Shown: positions 9,185-18,854, counted from the stretch's first letter. The stretch is 64,000 nucleotides of DNA from Candidatus Fermentibacteraceae bacterium (GCA_016936235.1 JAFGPK010000093.1:99-64098); one strand, 5' to 3'. Program-made: numbers and translations. The notes: generated by a model from the letters alone, not told the origin.

Positions 9185-10330
9185 ATGAAATTCAGACTGT
9201 GGATCCCACTGATCTCCATCCTTCCCGCAGCTTCATTCCTGGCCTGCGGCGGAGGGGAAGACATGGAAGCTCAGTCGGAGGGAGCCGTCGCAGTATCGGA
9301 CACCCTCGTGCTGGCGGTCAGGGACACCATCGGATTGGAGATGGGCGACAGCTCCTACGTCTTCGGCATGATCATGGAGGCGGGTCACGGCCTCGATGGG
9401 GAGATAACGGTACTGGACATGCAGAGGTCCTGCCTGTCCGTATATTCCCCCGACGGTCTGTTCCTCAGGAACATAGGGACTCCGGGACCGGGACCGGGCG
9501 AGTTCCAGATCCCCGTCAATTTCGCCGTGATGACGGATGGAGGCTATGCAGTCGCCGACGCCATAGGGCGGAACATTTCCTTCTTCAGTCCCGAAGGCGA
9601 ATACCTGCGCATGATGAGCGGCTTCTTCCCCACTCCCCCCATGTCCATCCAGGGCGGTCCAGATGGCTCGCTGGTGGGGGAGTCCATGGCCATGATGCTG
9701 ATGGGACAGGATGTGACGGCCTCAGTGGATATCTGCAGGTGGTCGGATTCCGCCGAGGCCGATGTGGTATATCTCTCGGTGCCCATGGAGCTGAACATCC
9801 AGGAAGGAGGCGGCGCGACCACGGTGGAAAGGAATCCCGAGATCGATTTCGCCGTGGGTCCGGACGGCAGCGTCTTCGTGGCCGAACTGTCCGATACGCT
9901 GTTCTCAGTGAGGGGATTCTCCCCGGAGGGGGAGGAGATCCTGACGATGGTCGAGGAGACGGAAAGAACCCCGATGACACAGGATGAGCTGGATGCCGGT
10001 TCTCTGTCGCTCTCCATCCGGATAATCGATGGAGAGGCCTCCTCGAACATGGACAGGGTTGAGGATGTCTACCCGTGGAGGAATGTTATCGCTTCCATAG
10101 GAGTAGATGCTGAAAGCAGGATCTGGGTGGAGATGGCCAACGAGGACCATCCGGTCTTCAGGGTCTACGACTACTCCGGGAACCTGCTTTTCTACGCGGT
10201 GACCGACGTGCCCTTCACTCCTGTGAGCAGACCGTCCTTCATGATAGACGCAGGTGGTTTCCTGGCATGTGACAGAGACCCGCTGGACTATCCGAAGATA
10301 TTCTCGTTCACACTGGCGGAGCGACCATGA
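9185..10330 (+). CDS. Lipoprotein, probable 6-bladed beta-propeller (NHL/TolB-like)
   Basis: 381 aa. Signal peptide plus lipobox (ASFLAC-GGG). Repeated SPEG/GPGPGEF-like blade motifs. AGGAG lies upstream of the ATG. Confidence 0.6.
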   Translation: MKFRLWIPLISILPAASFLACGGGEDMEAQSEGAVAVSDTLVLAVRDTIGLEMGDSSYVFGMIMEAGHGLDGEITVLDMQRSCLSVYSPDGLFLRNIGTPGPGPGEFQIPVNFAVMTDGGYAVADAIGRNISFFSPEGEYLRMMSGFFPTPPMSIQGGPDGSLVGESMAMMLMGQDVTASVDICRWSDSAEADVVYLSVPMELNIQEGGGATTVERNPEIDFAVGPDGSVFVAELSDTLFSVRGFSPEGEEILTMVEETERTPMTQDELDAGSLSLSIRIIDGEASSNMDRVEDVYPWRNVIASIGVDAESRIWVEMANEDHPVFRVYDYSGNLLFYAVTDVPFTPVSRPSFMIDAGGFLACDRDPLDYPKIFSFTLAERP

Positions 10331-11421
10331 CCGGCACTCTATCGCTTCTTCTCGCGATCCTGCAGCTGCTTACCCCGGCGGAGATAGACCCGCTGGACCG
10401 GCAGGCGGGTGATTTCCTGGATGCCGACCTCTCCGGTTACCTCCAGACTGCAGAAGAAGCATATGGAGAGGGTAACTACGCCGTCGCAGTGAGGTACTAC
10501 CTGGCCGCCCTCTCAAAGAACATCGATGATGAGATCTCAATCTACAATGTAGCCTGCTGCTACGCCCTGATGGGGGATGCTGAACTGGCAGCCCTCTACC
10601 TTCAGCGAGCCGTGATCGCAGGATATCGGGACATGGATTTCATGCGCGGTGACCCTGATTTCGACGGGATCCGGGACGACCCCTATTTCAGCGGAGCCCT
10701 TGAGCACATAGCCGAGGCCGTTGGTGAAGCCCCGGAGTACACGGGGGACTGGTTCCTCGTCGTGGGCGAGGCGGCATTCCCCTGCCTGGTGAGGCTTCCG
10801 GAGGGTTACGATCCCTACTACGAATACCCGCTGGTGGTGGGCCTGCACGGTTACGGCGACTCCCCGGGGAACTTCATACAGCTCTGGGAGAGATTCTATC
10901 AGCCGGACTTCATCTACGCCTGCCCGAGGGCTCCGTACCCCTTCATGGAGAACAACCTCACCGGCTACTCCTGGTTCGTCCCCTACGACGATTCACTGGA
11001 TATAGAGGCCATGGACCGCCTGTCATCGGACTACGTGGTCTCGGTGGTTAACGACTTGAAGGACAGGTATTCCGTATCCGACGTTTTCCTGTTCGGTTTC
11101 TCGCAGGGTTGCGCACTTACATGGATGACGGGGATGTACCATCCGGAGGAGTTCAGGGGACTGGTGGGATTCGCGGGCAGGCTGGATACGACCTTTGTGG
11201 ACATGTCGGAAGTGGGCGACCTCTCAGGTCTTGACGCCTTCGTGGCCAACGGGACCATGGACGGGTCGGTGGATGTGGAGACCGGCATGGAAGCGGTCGA
11301 GATACTGGAGGGACTGGGTGTTGAGACGGTTTTTCGAACATGGGAAGGCGTTCACACGGTCAGCAGACCGGTCCTTCTGGAAGCCCAGGAATGGATGGAG
11401 ACAATAAGGGGTCGGATCTAA
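10327..11421 (+). CDS. TPR-repeat plus alpha/beta-hydrolase (phospholipase/carboxylesterase-like) protein
   Basis: 364 aa. ATGA overlap with the upstream gene. N-terminal signal, then a TPR-like stretch (YAVAVRYYLAALSKN...CCYALMGDAELAALYLQRAV). The C-terminal esterase fold has the nucleophile elbow GFSQGC. Confidence 0.7.
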   Translation: MTGTLSLLLAILQLLTPAEIDPLDRQAGDFLDADLSGYLQTAEEAYGEGNYAVAVRYYLAALSKNIDDEISIYNVACCYALMGDAELAALYLQRAVIAGYRDMDFMRGDPDFDGIRDDPYFSGALEHIAEAVGEAPEYTGDWFLVVGEAAFPCLVRLPEGYDPYYEYPLVVGLHGYGDSPGNFIQLWERFYQPDFIYACPRAPYPFMENNLTGYSWFVPYDDSLDIEAMDRLSSDYVVSVVNDLKDRYSVSDVFLFGFSQGCALTWMTGMYHPEEFRGLVGFAGRLDTTFVDMSEVGDLSGLDAFVANGTMDGSVDVETGMEAVEILEGLGVETVFRTWEGVHTVSRPVLLEAQEWMETIRGRI

Positions 11422-11534
11422 GTAAAAGGGGTCTAAAAGGGGTCGGATCTTACATTTTAACATCGTTACATCGGAACAGTCGTAGTCGGATGTTAAAATG
11501 TAAGATCCGACCCCACTAGACGACCCCACTAGAC
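11406..11534. repeat. Palindromic hairpin element between convergent genes (likely bidirectional terminator, possibly a MITE/REP-like repeat)
   Basis: The arms are a perfect 26-bp inverted repeat, GGGGTCGGATCTTACATTTTAACATC at 11439-11464 and its reverse complement at 11489-11514, with a 24-nt loop. AAGGGGTCGGATCT is directly repeated at 11406-11419 (the end of the upstream CDS) and 11437-11450. The 13-mer GACCCCACTAGAC is tandemly repeated at 11509-11534 and overlaps the cupin stop codon. Confidence 0.6.
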
Positions 11535-11867
11535 TATGGGGATGAGGCACAGGAAGACCAGGGGCTCCGTGCCGGTATTCCTGAAATTGTGCTCCTCTTC
11601 GGGCACCACCAGAACCACGGAACCGCTCTCCAGCTCATGCACCGAACTCCCCTGCCTGGCCTCTCCCTTTCCTGACAGGACGAATACCTCGTGCTCCCAG
11701 GAATGGCTGTGGTACGGCGTCTGGCCTCCGGGCCGGACGGAGAACCTCCTCATTATGAAATTGGGGGCTCCGTCTTCCTCCGATATCAGGACCCGTATTC
11801 CCACGCCCTCCGCGCCCTGGGTCTCCACCTTCTTCTCAGGTATGTCATCGTACTTTATCACTCGCAT
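11529..11867 (-). CDS. Cupin domain protein
   Basis: 112 aa with a cupin two-His motif region (PGGQTPYHSHSWEHEVFVLSG...VPEEEHNFRNTG). GGAAGGAAG lies upstream of the ATG. Confidence 0.8.
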   Translation of the reverse strand: MRVIKYDDIPEKKVETQGAEGVGIRVLISEEDGAPNFIMRRFSVRPGGQTPYHSHSWEHEVFVLSGKGEARQGSSVHELESGSVVLVVPEEEHNFRNTGTEPLVFLCLIPIV

Positions 11868-11882
11868 GATTCTTCCTTCCGC

Positions 11883-12287
11883 TCAGTACGTCACGACTGC
11901 CACTTCGAACTCCGGCAGACCCTTTGCAATATGCCTCTTCACCGTGCACTGCTCGGCGGATCTGACCAGGGCCCCGTGATATTTCTCCGGAAAATCCTCA
12001 GGCACGAATATCTCTATGAACAGTCTTTCGAACATCCCGGATTCCGGCGACCTCTCCGCTCTCTGCAGGAGCCTGATACCCTGGAAAGGCAGATCGTGGT
12101 GCCGGCAGAAGGACAGCACGTAAATTCCCGCGCAGGTACCCATGGAGGCGAAGAAGAGATCAAAGGGTTCCGGAGCCGATCCCTCTCCTCCGCCCAGGGG
12201 CGACTGGTCGGTCCTGACGGTGAAGTCACCATACTTCGCATCCACCCTCTTGCCGCCGCTGAACACAATTTCCATTTCCATTCCCAA
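11883..12287 (-). CDS. OsmC/Ohr family protein
   Basis: 134 aa, OsmC-like (GGGEGSAPEPFDLFFASMGTCAGIYV...). The tracked start is TTG. In-frame ATGs at 12281 and 12275 are alternatives. Confidence 0.75.
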   Translation of the reverse strand: MGMEMEIVFSGGKRVDAKYGDFTVRTDQSPLGGGEGSAPEPFDLFFASMGTCAGIYVLSFCRHHDLPFQGIRLLQRAERSPESGMFERLFIEIFVPEDFPEKYHGALVRSAEQCTVKRHIAKGLPEFEVAVVTY

Positions 12288-12300
12288 GCAGACTCCAATA

Positions 12301-12762
12301 CTATCCTGCGGACCGCTTGCCTGTGATTTCCACTATATCCAGTTTCAGTACAAGGGTCCTGTCAAGCTGACCAGGGGGAACGCTCCATCCCTTCCTCCCG
12401 GAGTAATGTCTCATCAGGATGTTCAGGGCTTTCAGCTTCTCCCGGTTCCCCGATACTTCAGAGATCGTCCCGTAACCGACCACGCTGCCGTAGCCCATGG
12501 TCCAGTCGCAGGCCTCATCCGATTCAGTCACGGTCACGTCGCATTCCACCTCGAAGCAGACCCGATCGCGGTTCCTTATGCAATCCACCTTGAGACCTTC
12601 CATGGCCGAGTGGAAATAGAGGCAACCGTCCTCGTAACCGAAGCTCATGGGAACGATGTAGGGGTCATCCCCCCTGATAACTCCAAGGCGGCAGACAAGC
12701 CCCCTGCGGAGTATGTCCTCCATCAGGGCAGGATCTGTTATCTCCCTGTCGTTCCTTCTCAT
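12301..12762 (-). CDS. Pyridoxamine 5'-phosphate oxidase family (NimA-like flavin-binding) protein
   Basis: 153 aa with the typical N-terminus MRRNDREITDPALMEDILRRGLVCRLGV...LYFHSA. Confidence 0.8.
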   Translation of the reverse strand: MRRNDREITDPALMEDILRRGLVCRLGVIRGDDPYIVPMSFGYEDGCLYFHSAMEGLKVDCIRNRDRVCFEVECDVTVTESDEACDWTMGYGSVVGYGTISEVSGNREKLKALNILMRHYSGRKGWSVPPGQLDRTLVLKLDIVEITGKRSAG

Positions 12763-12784
12763 TCCAGGCCTGTATTCATGACGG

Positions 12785-12991
12785 TCAGAAGAAGCACCTG
12801 ACGAGCAGGAGGATGCCCAGTATCAAGAGAGGTATGCCCACCACCGATCCAATGACCGTAAGGCAGAAAATGATCCCCAGGACCAGCAGAACAAGACCTA
12901 TGATCCCGGCCAGCACTCTGCCGGTCAGGGAAAGCAGACCGCTGATCAGCTTCCATACAGCCCTGAAGGGAGCGCCGATCAGACCTGTCAT
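12785..12991 (-). CDS. Small two-TM membrane protein
   Basis: 68 aa and very hydrophobic. Its ATG overlaps the leuS stop (ATGA), which suggests translational coupling. Confidence 0.5.
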   Translation of the reverse strand: MTGLIGAPFRAVWKLISGLLSLTGRVLAGIIGLVLLVLGIIFCLTVIGSVVGIPLLILGILLLVRCFF

Positions 12992-15483
12992 GGAATGATG
13001 TTCACCAGCTTGCCCGGAACCACGATTATCCTCCCGGGCTCATGCCCATCCAGAAGCTCCCTGATCCTGTCCAGTTCAAGGGCCCGCCGGCACATCTCAT
13101 CCCGGGAAGCATCCGGCGCGAGCATCATCCTGCCCCTTATCCTGCCCCTCACCTGGACCACTACCTCGACTGCGTCCTGGACCAGATCGCCCTCGTCCCA
13201 GCACGGCCATTGCTGATGGAACACGGTGTCCCCCTGGAATCCCATCCTTTGCCAGAGTTCCTCGGAGATGAACGGTGTCATGGGAGCCAGGACCACCAGC
13301 AGCTTCCTGATGGAATCCCGCCAGAGGCTTCCTGCAGTTCCCGCCCTTTCCCGGTTGGCCGACAGGAAATTGACGAACTCCATCAACGACGCGACCGCCG
13401 TGTTGAAGGCGAAACCATCAATGTCTTCGGTGACCTTCTTCACGGTCCTTGCGGTATGGAAACGGAGTTCGTCCATAAGGTCCCTGTCCTCCTCTTCAAA
13501 GGGCTGGTCCGAAGTCTCGTTGACCACGGTCCAGACCCTCTTCAGGAACCTGTATGTGCCGGCGATTCCCTCCTCGCTCCATTCCAGCTCAGCTTCAAAT
13601 GGCCCCATGAAGAGGATGTAGAGCCGGAGTGCGTCCGTACCGTACTTCTCCACCATCTCGTCGGGAGTTATAACATTGCCTTTTGACTTGGACATCTTCT
13701 GCCCGTCGGCTCCAAGGATCATTCCCTGGTTCTTCAGGACCAGGAAGTGTTCCCTGAAGTCCAGCATTCCCGCGTCGTACATTACCTTGGTCCAGAACCT
13801 GGCGTATATCAGATGCATCACCGCATGCTCTGCACCGCCCACGTAGAGGTCCACCGGCAGCCAGTACCGCACCGCATCGGGATCGAAGGGTCTGTCCTTC
13901 TCATGCGGCGACGCAAACCTGAGGAAGTACCACGATGAGCACGCGAAACCGGCCATGGTGTCGGTGTCCCTCTCAGCCGGACCACCGCATGCCGGGCAGG
14001 TGGTGTTGACCCAGTCCTCCGCCCTGGCCAGGGGCGATCTGCCGGAATCGTCAGGTTCGAAGTTATCCATCCGGGGAAGCAGAACCGGCAGGTCCCTGTC
14101 AGGTACCGACCCGCACCTCACGCAATGGATCACGGGTATAGGCGCGCCCCAGTAGCGCTGCCTGGAGACCAGCCAGTCCCTTATCCTGTATCTGGTATCG
14201 GTCCTTCCGAAGCCCCTATCAATGGCGTATTCCGCCATCCTCTCCCTGGCTTCGGCGGAGTCCATCCCGTCGAAGGGGCCGCTGTTCAGAAGCTGGCCGT
14301 CGGCCACAGCGGCGGCTTCGACCACTCCCCTGGGCACTCCGCCGGGAGCTATCACCTCGATTATGGGGATACCGTACTTCACTGCGAAGGCGTGGTCCCT
14401 CTCATCGTGGGCAGGGACCGCCATTATTGCCGAAGTGCCGTAACCCGCAAGCACGTAATCGGCCACGTAAAGCGGTATCTCGCTGTCATTGTAGGGATTC
14501 ACCGCGAAGCACCCGGTGAAGACCCCTGTCTTATCCCTCTCTGCAGCGGCGGTACGCTCCACTTCGCTGCGGGACCTCGCCAGAAGCGAGTAGGCCATGA
14601 CCTCGTCACGCCTGTCGGAGGTGACCATCCCGGCAATGTCCGGATGCTCCGGGGCGAGTACACAGAAGGTTGCCCCGTAAATAGTATCAAGCCTTGTTGT
14701 GTAGACGGGCAGAGGAAACTCATTACCGGTCTCCGGATTACGGACCCTGAAGATGACCTCGGCACCCGTCGACTTCCCTATCCAGTTTCTCTGCATCGCC
14801 TTGATGCTCTCGGGCCAGTCAAGATCGTCAAGGTCGTTGAGCAGTCTGTCGGCGTAGTCCGTGATCCTGAAGAACCACTGCTTCAGCTTTTTCCTGGTCA
14901 CATGTCCGTCGCAGCGCCAGCAGATCCCTCCCGCAGCCTCCTCGTTCGACAGGACGATCCTGCAGGTGGGACACCACATCTGCTCGTTCTCCGTCTCGTA
15001 TGCCAGACCCCTGTCAAAGAGGAGGTTGAAGAAGAACTGGGTCCACATGTAGTAATCCGGATCGCTGGAGTTCACTTCCCTGTCCCAGTCGTAGCTTGCC
15101 TCTATGAGTTTCATCTGCCTCCGGTAAGTGTCCGTGTTGATCCCCGTCACCGCGGAGGGGTGCACTCCTGTCCTGATGGCGTATTCCTCGGCAGGCTGCC
15201 CGAAGGCGTCCCAACCCATGGGATGGAGCACATTGAAGCCGTCCATCCTCTTCTTCCTGCAGATAACATCGGTGGGTATGTAGTTCTTGCAGTGACCAAC
15301 GGACAGACCCGCGCCTGATGGATAGGGAAAATAGTCGAGGCAGTAGAAAGGCTCCTTCCCGGGGTCGGTCCCGGTTCTGTAAAGCCCCATCCGCTCCCAT
15401 TCGGGTTTCCATTTCTTTTCAAGTTTTCCGAAATCGTAGGGGTCCAAGTCACATCCCTCCGGATTGATGCCATGTCGTTGCAC
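12988..15483 (-). CDS. leuS: Leucine--tRNA ligase
   Basis: 831 aa with a GTG start. Class I motifs are present: a HIGH-region variant (PSGAGLSVGHCKNY) and KMSKS (QKMSKSKGN). The LeuS-type editing (CP1) insertion and a C-terminal anticodon-binding region are also present. Confidence 0.95.
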   Translation of the reverse strand: MQRHGINPEGCDLDPYDFGKLEKKWKPEWERMGLYRTGTDPGKEPFYCLDYFPYPSGAGLSVGHCKNYIPTDVICRKKRMDGFNVLHPMGWDAFGQPAEEYAIRTGVHPSAVTGINTDTYRRQMKLIEASYDWDREVNSSDPDYYMWTQFFFNLLFDRGLAYETENEQMWCPTCRIVLSNEEAAGGICWRCDGHVTRKKLKQWFFRITDYADRLLNDLDDLDWPESIKAMQRNWIGKSTGAEVIFRVRNPETGNEFPLPVYTTRLDTIYGATFCVLAPEHPDIAGMVTSDRRDEVMAYSLLARSRSEVERTAAAERDKTGVFTGCFAVNPYNDSEIPLYVADYVLAGYGTSAIMAVPAHDERDHAFAVKYGIPIIEVIAPGGVPRGVVEAAAVADGQLLNSGPFDGMDSAEARERMAEYAIDRGFGRTDTRYRIRDWLVSRQRYWGAPIPVIHCVRCGSVPDRDLPVLLPRMDNFEPDDSGRSPLARAEDWVNTTCPACGGPAERDTDTMAGFACSSWYFLRFASPHEKDRPFDPDAVRYWLPVDLYVGGAEHAVMHLIYARFWTKVMYDAGMLDFREHFLVLKNQGMILGADGQKMSKSKGNVITPDEMVEKYGTDALRLYILFMGPFEAELEWSEEGIAGTYRFLKRVWTVVNETSDQPFEEEDRDLMDELRFHTARTVKKVTEDIDGFAFNTAVASLMEFVNFLSANRERAGTAGSLWRDSIRKLLVVLAPMTPFISEELWQRMGFQGDTVFHQQWPCWDEGDLVQDAVEVVVQVRGRIRGRMMLAPDASRDEMCRRALELDRIRELLDGHEPGRIIVVPGKLVNIIP

Positions 15484-15553
15484 GAATCGGTATTATGACC
15501 AGAAAGCGTCCAAAGGTAAAGTATCCTGAGCCGTTACGCCCTGACCGGTTCCT

Positions 15554-18500
15554 TCAGTCCATGCATGGGAACAGGAGTTGCAGAGTCCCCTTCTGTGAGG
15601 ACCTTCCAAGGGATCCCCCTGCGAGCATGAGGACGAGGCAGAGAAGGTTGATCTCGGCATGGGGAGTGATGCCTGCAGAGAAATCCCAGGGGGCTTCAAA
15701 ATCGCAGATCGTTCCCGGCAGGTTCTTGAGCTGCCCCCCGTCAACCCTCCTGACGTCTATCCTTACGAACTGCTCCGGACCTCTGGGCAGTGCTTCGTCT
15801 GTCTCGAGGCTCTTGCGTCTTACAACTGACACGTTGAACGCGGGGGCTGACTCCGGGCAGACTATTCCGCAGAGCCTCAGAGTGGTCTCGGTCATCAGGT
15901 CCATCCGGCCCGAGATGTCGTAGAGGTTGCCTGAAATGGTTATGTCCGGTGTCGCACGGCCGCTCTCAATGAATGCGGCCATTACGCTGTCGAGGTATTC
16001 CTCGGTACTGACCCTCTCAGGAACCGTGTTGAGCGACATCTGGATCATCCTGAGATAGACATGCCCTTTCTCGATACCCTCGAACGCGTAAAGCGAGGTG
16101 TTCAGTACGGAGGCTACCGGGTGGTCGGGATTGAGAACCTCCCTGACCTTGACGAAACTGCTGCCTATGGACTCCAGAAGGCTGTCGAGCATTTCCCTCA
16201 GGGCCCGTCCCGAATCCAGGGCTACTTCCTGGCGCATCAGGTGCTTCTTGTAGGCAGGGTCCGATACGGGCCACCAGATGAAAAGGGTCTCACCCTGATG
16301 ACCGTCCAGTGCCACGGCCGCCATCTGCACCTCATCCCCATCGGCGGTCTTCAGTTTCATGTTGAGCCTGCCCTTGTTCCTGAGCCCTGACATGACCGAA
16401 TCTATAACGCTCCAGTCAGTGCCCGAGAACATGTCGTATATGGTCCGGTTGGAGATGACGCCGTCTGTAATGTCCATCCATGTTGAAAGCAGTAAGCGAC
16501 CGCTGCTGTTTGAAATGAAGAACTTGCCGGCCGCCCTCTCCGCCAGAAAGGCAAAGCGTCTTCCTATGGCCGACTTCTCAAGTTCGATACATGTCCTGGC
16601 CATGTTCCTGGCGAAGTCCTTCATCACGGAATACTCCTTGCCGCCATGGAACTGGCACTCTCCTACGAGCTCCGTTTCGGTCTCGAGGGGAAGGGTCCAG
16701 TAGCTGATCGTCTCTTCGGGTTTCAGGTCGTACGATGTCCTTGTGACCGGTTTTATCCCCCTGATCTTGACGGTGACCCTGGAAGCACCGGATATCTCCA
16801 GCAGGGCGGCGGCGGCGGCCTCCTCGACCCTCGTCCTGTCGGATGCGGCAAGGAGAGCCGAGGTTCCACGGCTCAGGGCCGAATAGGTTTCTGCGGCGCT
16901 CCTGGCGGCGTTGATGCTGAAAACGTCATCAGACTTGACTCCCGCTATTATCACCACAGGCTCAAGGTTCCTGCCCTCTACGGATTCCGTTCTCGTGAGT
17001 CTCCAGGTACACCGTGCGGTACCTCCGTCCTGGTTCTCCACCTCCCAGGACTCGGGGAACTCCGATGAACCGTTCCTCAACAGTTTCTGGGCGGCGCTGA
17101 CGCCGCCGATTCCGTTGAAAAGTATGTTGGCAGCCAGCTCGGGTCTTCCGGATGCCAGATCGACTGACACCCCGGTAAGTTCCTCCATGGGCCTGTTCCA
17201 TACTATCACGGACCAGTCCAGCCTGAATATGGCCACGGGGACATCCAGCGAATCGATTATCCTGCCCACAAGGTCGCCCTGTCTCGAATTCAGAAGGTCC
17301 AGGTGCTCGATCTCCGTCTCGTACTCGCCGGCGCTGAAATGCGACCTGACCATCCTGGATGCGAGTTCGGCCAGGGGGAAGATGTCCGCCGAGGGTTCGT
17401 TGCCGCTGTAGGCGACTATCAGGTACCCGTAACTCTTCCTTTCAGATTCCAGAGGGAACACCAGACAGCTGCTGAAGCTGCTGGAGATTACGCCGAGGTC
17501 CTCACCCGTCAGCCTGTAGCCGGAATCAGTCTCAACCAGGACGGGAGCCAGTCTCAGCTCTGAAAACACCTCGGGAGCGGATTCCGGCCATCCGGACGTG
17601 GAGCCCGAGAGCCTGTTGTCAGTTATGGGATCTGAGAGGAATATTGCCACGGCGCCGGCCGCGAGGCAGTCGAGGACCCTCTCCGATATCTCCGCGGTGC
17701 TGAGCGATCTGCCCGATTGAAGCAGATCGGACAGCGAGTTCAGCTTCCTGACAGTATCGACGTAGCTTCCATAATTCTCCCTAAGAAGAGTGATCTCGGA
17801 GATATCCTCGAAGATCCCCACGGCGTAGAAGACCTCACCGGAATCCTCAACGATGGGGTGGACATCCTGCAGTATGACCCTTCTCGTCCTGTCGGGAAGG
17901 ACGAAATGGGCTGTCCTTCCATCTTCCTTCTCGAGGGTATTGCTGGTGAAGAAGGGCCTCGTCTGATCCTCTATTATCTCGTAGCTCTCGCTGGGAAGGA
18001 TCTCGTGCAGATGGATCCCCAGCAGATTCTCGACAAGGCCGAACATCCTGCCGAAAGCCCTGTTCGCTACAAGGATCCTGTAGTCCTTATCAAAAAGAAC
18101 AAGACCGGTGCTGACTGAGTGGAAGTAGGCCTGGTTCATCTTCCTGCTTGTACGCAGGCGGTTCTCGGCCTGATAGCTCTCGGTTGTGTCGAAGCATGTG
18201 CCCACCACTCCGTTTCCTCCAAGGGTGACGGTGCACTCGATCCTTCTCTGGGCATCAGGTCTGCATACGACCTTGATCTGCTTACCCTCGAGGACCATCT
18301 TGATCACGTTCTCCCATGAATAGAGCACGGGTGAAACCAGCACATCCTGTATATTCTTGCCGATCACATGCTTCTGGGGGATCCTGAAGATACTGGACAT
18401 GGACTTGTTCCAGAGTGTAATGACCCCGGCCCTGTCAGTTCCGACAATACCGGCCCCGAGTTCGTCCAGCATCACGTCGCTTCTGCTCTGAAGACCCGGG

Positions 18501-18784
18501 ATGCCGAACAGGATTATCTCAGCGTGTTCATCCACGGTGCTCACACTGCCGGTCAACGTTGCAGTGGCAAGGTGCACGGGCACATCCGGCAGTCCCGAGG
18601 CCAGTACCGTCGAGATGTCAGTGGGAAGAAGGCCAAGGGGTTCAGGTGATCGCAGGAGCCTTCTGGCGCTCACGCCCAGAAGCCCTTCGCTGTCGCCACT
18701 GACCAGCGATACGCCTGATTCCGGGTTCCATCTGATGATGAGCCAGCCTCTGGATGCAGGGGCCCCTGCGTTTCCGTTCCTCAT
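15554..18784 (-). CDS. Multi-PAS/GAF sensor protein with degenerate histidine-kinase-like C-terminus
   Basis: ORF 15554-18823. The preferred ATG is at 18784, with GGAGAAGGA upstream. There are at least four PAS-like modules (for example GIVGTDRAGVITLWNKSMSSIF, GLVLFDKDYRILVANRAFGRMFG, VAIFRLDWSVIVWNRPMEELTG). The C-terminal ~230 aa resembles DHp plus an ATPase domain, but I see no H-box or G1/G2 boxes. Confidence 0.7.
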   Translation of the reverse strand: MRNGNAGAPASRGWLIIRWNPESGVSLVSGDSEGLLGVSARRLLRSPEPLGLLPTDISTVLASGLPDVPVHLATATLTGSVSTVDEHAEIILFGIPGLQSRSDVMLDELGAGIVGTDRAGVITLWNKSMSSIFRIPQKHVIGKNIQDVLVSPVLYSWENVIKMVLEGKQIKVVCRPDAQRRIECTVTLGGNGVVGTCFDTTESYQAENRLRTSRKMNQAYFHSVSTGLVLFDKDYRILVANRAFGRMFGLVENLLGIHLHEILPSESYEIIEDQTRPFFTSNTLEKEDGRTAHFVLPDRTRRVILQDVHPIVEDSGEVFYAVGIFEDISEITLLRENYGSYVDTVRKLNSLSDLLQSGRSLSTAEISERVLDCLAAGAVAIFLSDPITDNRLSGSTSGWPESAPEVFSELRLAPVLVETDSGYRLTGEDLGVISSSFSSCLVFPLESERKSYGYLIVAYSGNEPSADIFPLAELASRMVRSHFSAGEYETEIEHLDLLNSRQGDLVGRIIDSLDVPVAIFRLDWSVIVWNRPMEELTGVSVDLASGRPELAANILFNGIGGVSAAQKLLRNGSSEFPESWEVENQDGGTARCTWRLTRTESVEGRNLEPVVIIAGVKSDDVFSINAARSAAETYSALSRGTSALLAASDRTRVEEAAAAALLEISGASRVTVKIRGIKPVTRTSYDLKPEETISYWTLPLETETELVGECQFHGGKEYSVMKDFARNMARTCIELEKSAIGRRFAFLAERAAGKFFISNSSGRLLLSTWMDITDGVISNRTIYDMFSGTDWSVIDSVMSGLRNKGRLNMKLKTADGDEVQMAAVALDGHQGETLFIWWPVSDPAYKKHLMRQEVALDSGRALREMLDSLLESIGSSFVKVREVLNPDHPVASVLNTSLYAFEGIEKGHVYLRMIQMSLNTVPERVSTEEYLDSVMAAFIESGRATPDITISGNLYDISGRMDLMTETTLRLCGIVCPESAPAFNVSVVRRKSLETDEALPRGPEQFVRIDVRRVDGGQLKNLPGTICDFEAPWDFSAGITPHAEINLLCLVLMLAGGSLGRSSQKGTLQLLFPCMD

Positions 18785-18854
18785 CCCTGTTCCTTCTCCG
18801 GTGCAAAGGCACCGCGGTGGCAAAGGCAGTCCGGTGCCGGAGGCACCGCCGCGG

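Noticed and set aside
14125-15318. 397-aa plus-strand ORF
   Set aside because: It is entirely antisense to leuS, which has unambiguous class I synthetase motifs. Its composition is Arg/Pro/Gly/His-rich, as is typical of shadow frames in high-GC DNA, and it has no motifs.
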